Positions 58,126 to 64,000 of a stretch of DNA of 64,000 nt are shown in pieces. The stretch's first letter is position 1, and each line of letters starts with the position of its first letter. Where the stretch lies: assembly GCF_009914755.1 (NCBI RefSeq), contig NC_060928.1. The stretch is one strand, 5' to 3'. Under the pieces are notes generated by a model that was not told the DNA's origin, searched no databases, and was given only the letters and a program-made list of their open reading frames with translations. Position numbers and translations under genes: made by a program. Source of the stretch: the human T2T-CHM13v2.0 reference genome, Homo sapiens.

Positions 58126-58446
58126 CAGCAATTCTCAAAGTATGGTCTGGGGAACCCTTTTTGGGGGTCTGTGAGGCCAACACTATTTTCAAAATTGTCT
58201 AAGATGTTAGTTGTTTTTTCCTCCTCTTATGAGTGTACAGTTAGTCTGCCCAAAGCTACATGATGTGTGATGAAGTCCTCACCCTGGTGGCCTGTGAAGT
58301 GTGTATTTACCTGTTCTAAAGGTCACTCTGTTTTCATTTCCAGTATGGTAGATATCAATAGCTATAGCCCATATTAACAAAAGCTCTTTAGGACCTCAAT
58401 TTTAAGGTGAAGGGGTCCTGAGGCCAAAAAGTCTGAGGCCTACTGG
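58126..58446. mobile_element. hAT-Charlie-like DNA transposon remnant
   Basis: CAGCAATTCTCAAAGT...GAGGCCTACTG termini. Confidence 0.55.
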
Positions 58447-59599
58447 AGTAGGATTGTTAACCTTGGTCATTTATTAGTCTTAGTAACTGGTGACCTCTCT
58501 CTCTTTTCAAATTCTTATATTTCTTATGGGGGCTTTAACTTATTATCTGTCACCCCCAATAATTTCAGACATAAATGTAGTTTCATTTATTGCAATACAG
58601 AATTAATGTAATTATTAATTTATTATTAATATAAATATAATTATTCAGGGTCAAGGAAGCCATTAGACATTTTCAGGATAAAATAAAATTAAAATATCCT
58701 AGAATGAGCCCAGAAAGCTAGCAAGCTGCTTTCTTCAAGGTAGCAAGCCCCAACGATATAGTAGGAAGGGAAAACATTATTGTTACTTTTTAAAGAAGAT
58801 CTTAATGAAACCATTTGATTTCAGGGAAATGGAGAAAATGAGAGGTTCTTAGTGTTCAAAGTCTATTCATTAGCGTTATATAGATTAAAGGCAGTACCAT
58901 GGAGTGTGCTTTTAAATTCAGATCATGTTCTGTAGGCCACATTTCAGAACAGCTGTGGTTTTTTTGTAGTAGAGTACCATTCTTAGAATCTGTTCTGTCC
59001 CCAAGCGCAGTTACTTAGTTATTGAAATTAGAGGTGATAAAGAAGTCCGCAGAGGAGCACATCTCCCAAAATGAAATCTTACTTTCTCTCGTGAGAACCA
59101 AGGCAGGAAGACTGTGGTGAGGGGCTCTTTCCTTTTCACACTCATGCTTCAGGACGACCCACTGTGTTTGGGGCTCTCTGTGCTCATACCTTGTGTGGTG
59201 TGAACCAGTGACCCTGTGTCTGTTAGGATTGGTGGTTGGGTGGCATCAGGCTGAAGAATAGGTGAGCGGGATCGTGCTGTTCAGCAGGAAAACTCAACCA
59301 CAGGAAAAGACCACTTCCAGAACGTGGGTCTGCTCTGGATGCAAATAAATACATTGATTTTAACATAAGTTTTGTTTGGAGAACAGTTTAAGTTTTTAGA
59401 GGAAAATATTACTTTTATCATCTCTGTGTAGAAATAAAGGCAAGAGAGAAATATAAGGAAGTAGACACTCCCTATTTTCATACTGTTAGGATGCAGAATG
59501 TAATGCCATTTTGAAAGTACATAGGAGGTCATTTAAACAAAAAATTATTGAACAAATACTAGTAATGATTTTACAAGTTGTTGTTTTGTTTTGTTTTAG

Positions 59600-59646
59600 G
59601 TGAGAAACCTTTTGAATGTAACATTTGTGGGAAACATTTCTCTCAG
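59600..59646 (+). CDS. ZBTB49: ZBTB49 exon 4 (EKPFECNICGKHFSQ); gene continues beyond the window
   Basis: 47 nt; completes the TGEKP linker in phase; acceptor ttgttttAG; donor CAG|GTGGGA. Confidence 0.95.
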
Positions 59647-61524
59647 GTGGGAATACTCTTATTTATTGTTAATAATTGGAAACCTGCAACACAGTGTTTT
59701 TTTATTGGAAATAAGACATACTTTTGTACTTGTGAGAGAAGCCTCTAATGATGTCTGTAACTTAAAGACTTCAGAATAAATTAGGATAAATCGTTTTCAA
59801 GAAAACAGATTTCTAGTTCTTTGAGAGAAAAATAGCATTTTCATGTGTGAATTCTTACAATACTTTTTTCGCCTTGCTAAGGATGAGTCCAAACTTAGCA
59901 TATGTCTTCCGTTTCATGAATGAAGTTCACAGTGAACCACCTTGAGCTTGGCGTACCTGGAGGCTGCACATTGTGCTGGGTTAGGCTGAAGACAACTAGG
60001 TCTCCTCATTCTTGTTGGGACTGTAGATTGTAGGATGTTGGAAAAAAAGATGAAACAAGTTTTGTTCCCTGTGTTGACTGCTACCTTTAGCTGACCTCCA
60101 TTAAGGTCATTTGGACACATAGGCATTCAGTCCTTGAGGAAACGTTTGTTTTACCCTCCCATGGGCCAGGTGCTGTGCTGGGCATGGGACACAAAGAAAC
60201 CTAGAGACCTAATGTTTTCTAGAAAATGGCTTGTGGGAACCTATTCTTTCTGAAACAGAAGGTAACTATTCACCGCCATGTGCAGTGCCCTGGGCTTCCA
60301 GAGGTAGATCAGATGGAAGCTGCTCCAGGGCGTGAGGGCGCAGCTCTTCAGGGCACAGTCACTGGCACGACTGTCTCACACAGCATGGTAGATCCTGTGG
60401 CAGCAGTGCATGCCTCTGGAGCTGGGAGGCAGGCCCCGCAGAGCTTGGAAATGGCAAGCGCCGTGTTTGCTCGCATTCCCCCTAGAGCAGACTCTTCCAG
60501 TTTCTCTTCATCTGTTGAGGGTGTCAGTTCCATTTGCTCACACACCCAAACCTGCCATCTTAATGACTCTTCACCCTCCCACTCTCTGAGTCCCTGCCTG
60601 CTGGGATTCACCAAGTCCTCGCCGTCTCTCATCGCGTACTCGGTCGGGTCATGTCCTCCTGAGCACTTCATTTCTCTGGGCCTGGGGCCATGTCTTCTCT
60701 CCCATCCAGGAGAACACCCAGCAGCCAGCAGATGCTCAGGAAGGATTTGATAAGCTGAGCTGAGTGCTCGTCCCTCCAGCCGCCATTCTTGATGAGCCTC
60801 CGCTTCTTCCTGCCAGCCTGGCCTGGGGTTCAGAGCTTGGCCTCTGGGGCTGGACAGTCTAGAACTGAGCTCTGCCTCTGTCAGGGCGTCACTACCCTGT
60901 GACTTTGGGCAGTCTCACCTTTTGCCCCTTCAGTTTCCTTATCTGTGAAACACGGATAACAAGATTAGTTAACCTCATAGAGTGTGAGGAGTAAATGAGG
61001 TAATAACGGAAAGTCCTTAGAGCAGGGCCTGGCACATAGTAAGCGCTCAAGAAACGCCAGCATTCCCTACCTTGTTGCCATCCGCTTTCTCCTCTCCTGT
61101 CCATCCTCATGACCCCCAGATGCCGGTCTTTCTGAGGCACCTCCCCGCCCCCACCGTTTTCATCTCAGCAGCTGTGGTTTGATGGGAAAAGCATGAGACT
61201 CGGACTAATGACCATGAATAATTAGCAATTGCGACTTCTCTGGGCCTCATTTTTCTAATTCTTAAAATAGGGATAATACTACTTCGTGGAACTAGTGGGA
61301 AAATGAAATGAAAAACTAGAGCTGAAAGCCCTTTATACATTTAAATTATGTTGAGAGTAGAAGTTCCATCCTTCTCATGCTTTCTCTGACTCTCCATAGC
61401 TGACCATATAAGTTAAAACCCGACATTCAGTCAGGCTGCAGTCCACCTCCACTCCTCTCTCCTGGCACGGATCCTTGGTGCCCACATCAGAGATTCTGAT
61501 TCTGTGATTTGGAGTGGGGCTTAG

Positions 61525-61838
<314 letters not shown>

Positions 61839-64000
61839 ACGTATCAGTATTTTTAAAAATTCAGCAATTTTGGTGTGCAGCCAAGGTTGAGAACCACCAC
61901 TATAGCTCTTGACCTGCACTTGCTCTCTTAAATCTTACCAAGGGTAGCCCTGCCCGATCCAGAAACCCTTCCCTTCTGTATTGGTCTGTGTACTTTTGTT
62001 AGGTTTCTGTGATTGTAGAGTCATACATAGTGATAGTTTTCAGATGTATATTGCTGCTTTATTTTCATAGTAAAGTATGAATTTTGATGAACAAGGAACT
62101 GTTTTAATGTTTGTTGCAAGCCTACAGTGTCCATGTGCTGTCCATGAGCTCTGCTGTGTGCCGGGAAGGGGGACAGAAATGGCCATGGCCTCCAGGAGCT
62201 TATTGTTTAGAGGAAGCAACAGACGTGTAAATGATCGAGTACAGTGAAATGTTGGAACTGCTGACAGTTATCTACGGGAACAGTGTGGGCAAAGAAAAGG
62301 CAGTAGTCCTTTCTACCTGAAAGGTGTGTTTGGGACAGCATGAGGCCATGAAATGCTTGAGAGATTGCTTAGGTGAGCCCTGCAGACAAGCAGGCACTGG
62401 GCAAGCCTGGCATCCCTGGCATGCTGGGGCAAGAAAGCAGTCAGATTGTCTGCATAGGGATGCGTGGTAAAGAATGCCCACCGGCCCATCCTCCACCGTA
62501 TGCCTAACATTATTTTCTTGTAATGAACTAGAATAAATGTTTGTGGTTACATGGAATTGGAATGCTGTTGTATAAAAACATTTACAAATAAGAATCCCTC
62601 ATCCTGCTTACTGAGAATTTAGTATTTAGTAGGTTAGTCTTTTTAAAATAGTTAACCGCAGCCTGCATTATGAGGATGGCATGCCAGCATAAGGAAGTTA
62701 GCATCATCTTAGAGTGACCACAGAAGCTGCATCTGTCCGTGTGACTGGACACTGTATGTGTCCAGATCTCTGCAGGGAAGAGTCATGTCATACTTTAACG
62801 GAAGAGTCATGTCCTACTTTAGAGTATGACTGAGTCGCAGTCAGAGGGAAGTGTTTCCTCTGTGGCGTAGAACATGGACTGTTTGGAGGGCACTGGAGAG
62901 AACCAAAAGAGTGACAAGTTTTGAGCGCTTGTCATTTGAGAAACGGGAAAGAAAATGCGGCGTAATTACCTGTCTTTGGGGAGAGGAGTAGGATTGCTTT
63001 TGTTCCTCCAAGTAGGCAGAAACAGAAACACTGGGCAGCTGGTACAGAGAGACGGGTTTTGAGAGGCAGTACTCTGCCAGCAGCGCCGTCTAGCCAGCTG
63101 TCTGCCCGAGTCCGGGGGTCCTAGTGCCTTCTGCAGGATTACCCTATAGGAGGCATTTCCAGGGTGCTGATGTGGACTCATGCCAGAGGTGACAGTGTCA
63201 GCCATCCATGGTGGAAACACAAAAATAAGGACACTTAGTGAGCTTGGCCCAAGCTATTACATTGTCATCTCTGAGGTTATATTTGCCACACCTTTACCGT
63301 TGAATGTCCTTTTATCAAAATAGCAGTCATTGTTTAAGTGATATCTCTATGTTAAACCTTACATTTTTTTCTTTTTAATTTTATCGCTGTGTGAAATCCT
63401 AAAGTCTTGAAACTCCTGAGCTAGCTGACTTTTAATATCTGGGATCTCTTTTATCTCTAAATGATTACGATTCCTGACTTTTTTTTGATATAAACACTCA
63501 ACTGCCGTTAAGAGTGCTCATGATAGGGAATAGATGCTGGGTTTGTTCATGTTTAAATACTGAGGTTCAAGTACCTGTCAGAAGGAGTTTATTATAAAAA
63601 TTGCTGAAGGCAGATGTTAATTCTTCTCTACAGCATAGTTTTTCTGTTAAAAATTCTAACTCCATTTGAAGGTAAAATGGTATTAGAAAGGATCAAAGTT
63701 CCTTTACTGCTAATATCGTTAACATAGGTTTAACAGTCCAAACTTTGGAGTCACTAGGCAAACCTGAATTAGTGAATTCAGTCCCCATTTTATGACCCAA
63801 GGCTGGTTACTAACCTCTCAGAGCCTCTGTTGACTTCTCTGTAAAACATGGATAATACTGCTTTACAAGACATTGTGATGACTAAGTTAAATACTCTTCG
63901 CAACGGTTTAGCAAAGAGCTTCATTCATAGTAAGTTCTTAATAAACGAGAGCTATTATTACCACTTGCTAGAATTTTTTTTTTTTTTTTGAGATGGAGTC

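Noticed and set aside
60226-60750. 174-aa + strand ORF and antisense 107-aa ORF in ZBTB49 intron 4
   Set aside because: No convincing splice boundaries or domain; the 3' part resembles an old LINE2-type remnant; length is achievable by chance.

Overview
Human or closely related primate genomic DNA matching the 4p16.3 gene order TMEM128 (- strand, exon 1 only), LYAR (- strand, complete, 10 exons, 379 aa) and ZBTB49 (+ strand, exons 1-4). LYAR and ZBTB49 share a head-to-head CpG-island promoter. The window is dense in Alu, L1, MIR, solo LTR and DNA-transposon remnants, and there are no prokaryotic-type features. Three observations are not explained by the known genes. (1) The TMEM128-LYAR interval holds a chain of about 11 exon-like segments on the + strand (~1786-19160), mostly GT-AG bounded and largely phase-compatible, with scattered stops that are mostly TGA. 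This is a candidate decayed (unitary pseudo)gene lying head-to-head with TMEM128; I cannot name its protein family. (2) An 86-bp tandem duplication copies the 54-nt LYAR 5'UTR exon with both splice sites, giving two probably mutually exclusive exons with different uORF content. (3) A sense-oriented THE1 LTR with a consensus DUX4 site and splice donors lies upstream of the ATG-bearing ZBTB49 exon. Gene, repeat-family and motif names come from recognition by eye, with no database search. Repeat boundaries are approximate unless TSDs are quoted.
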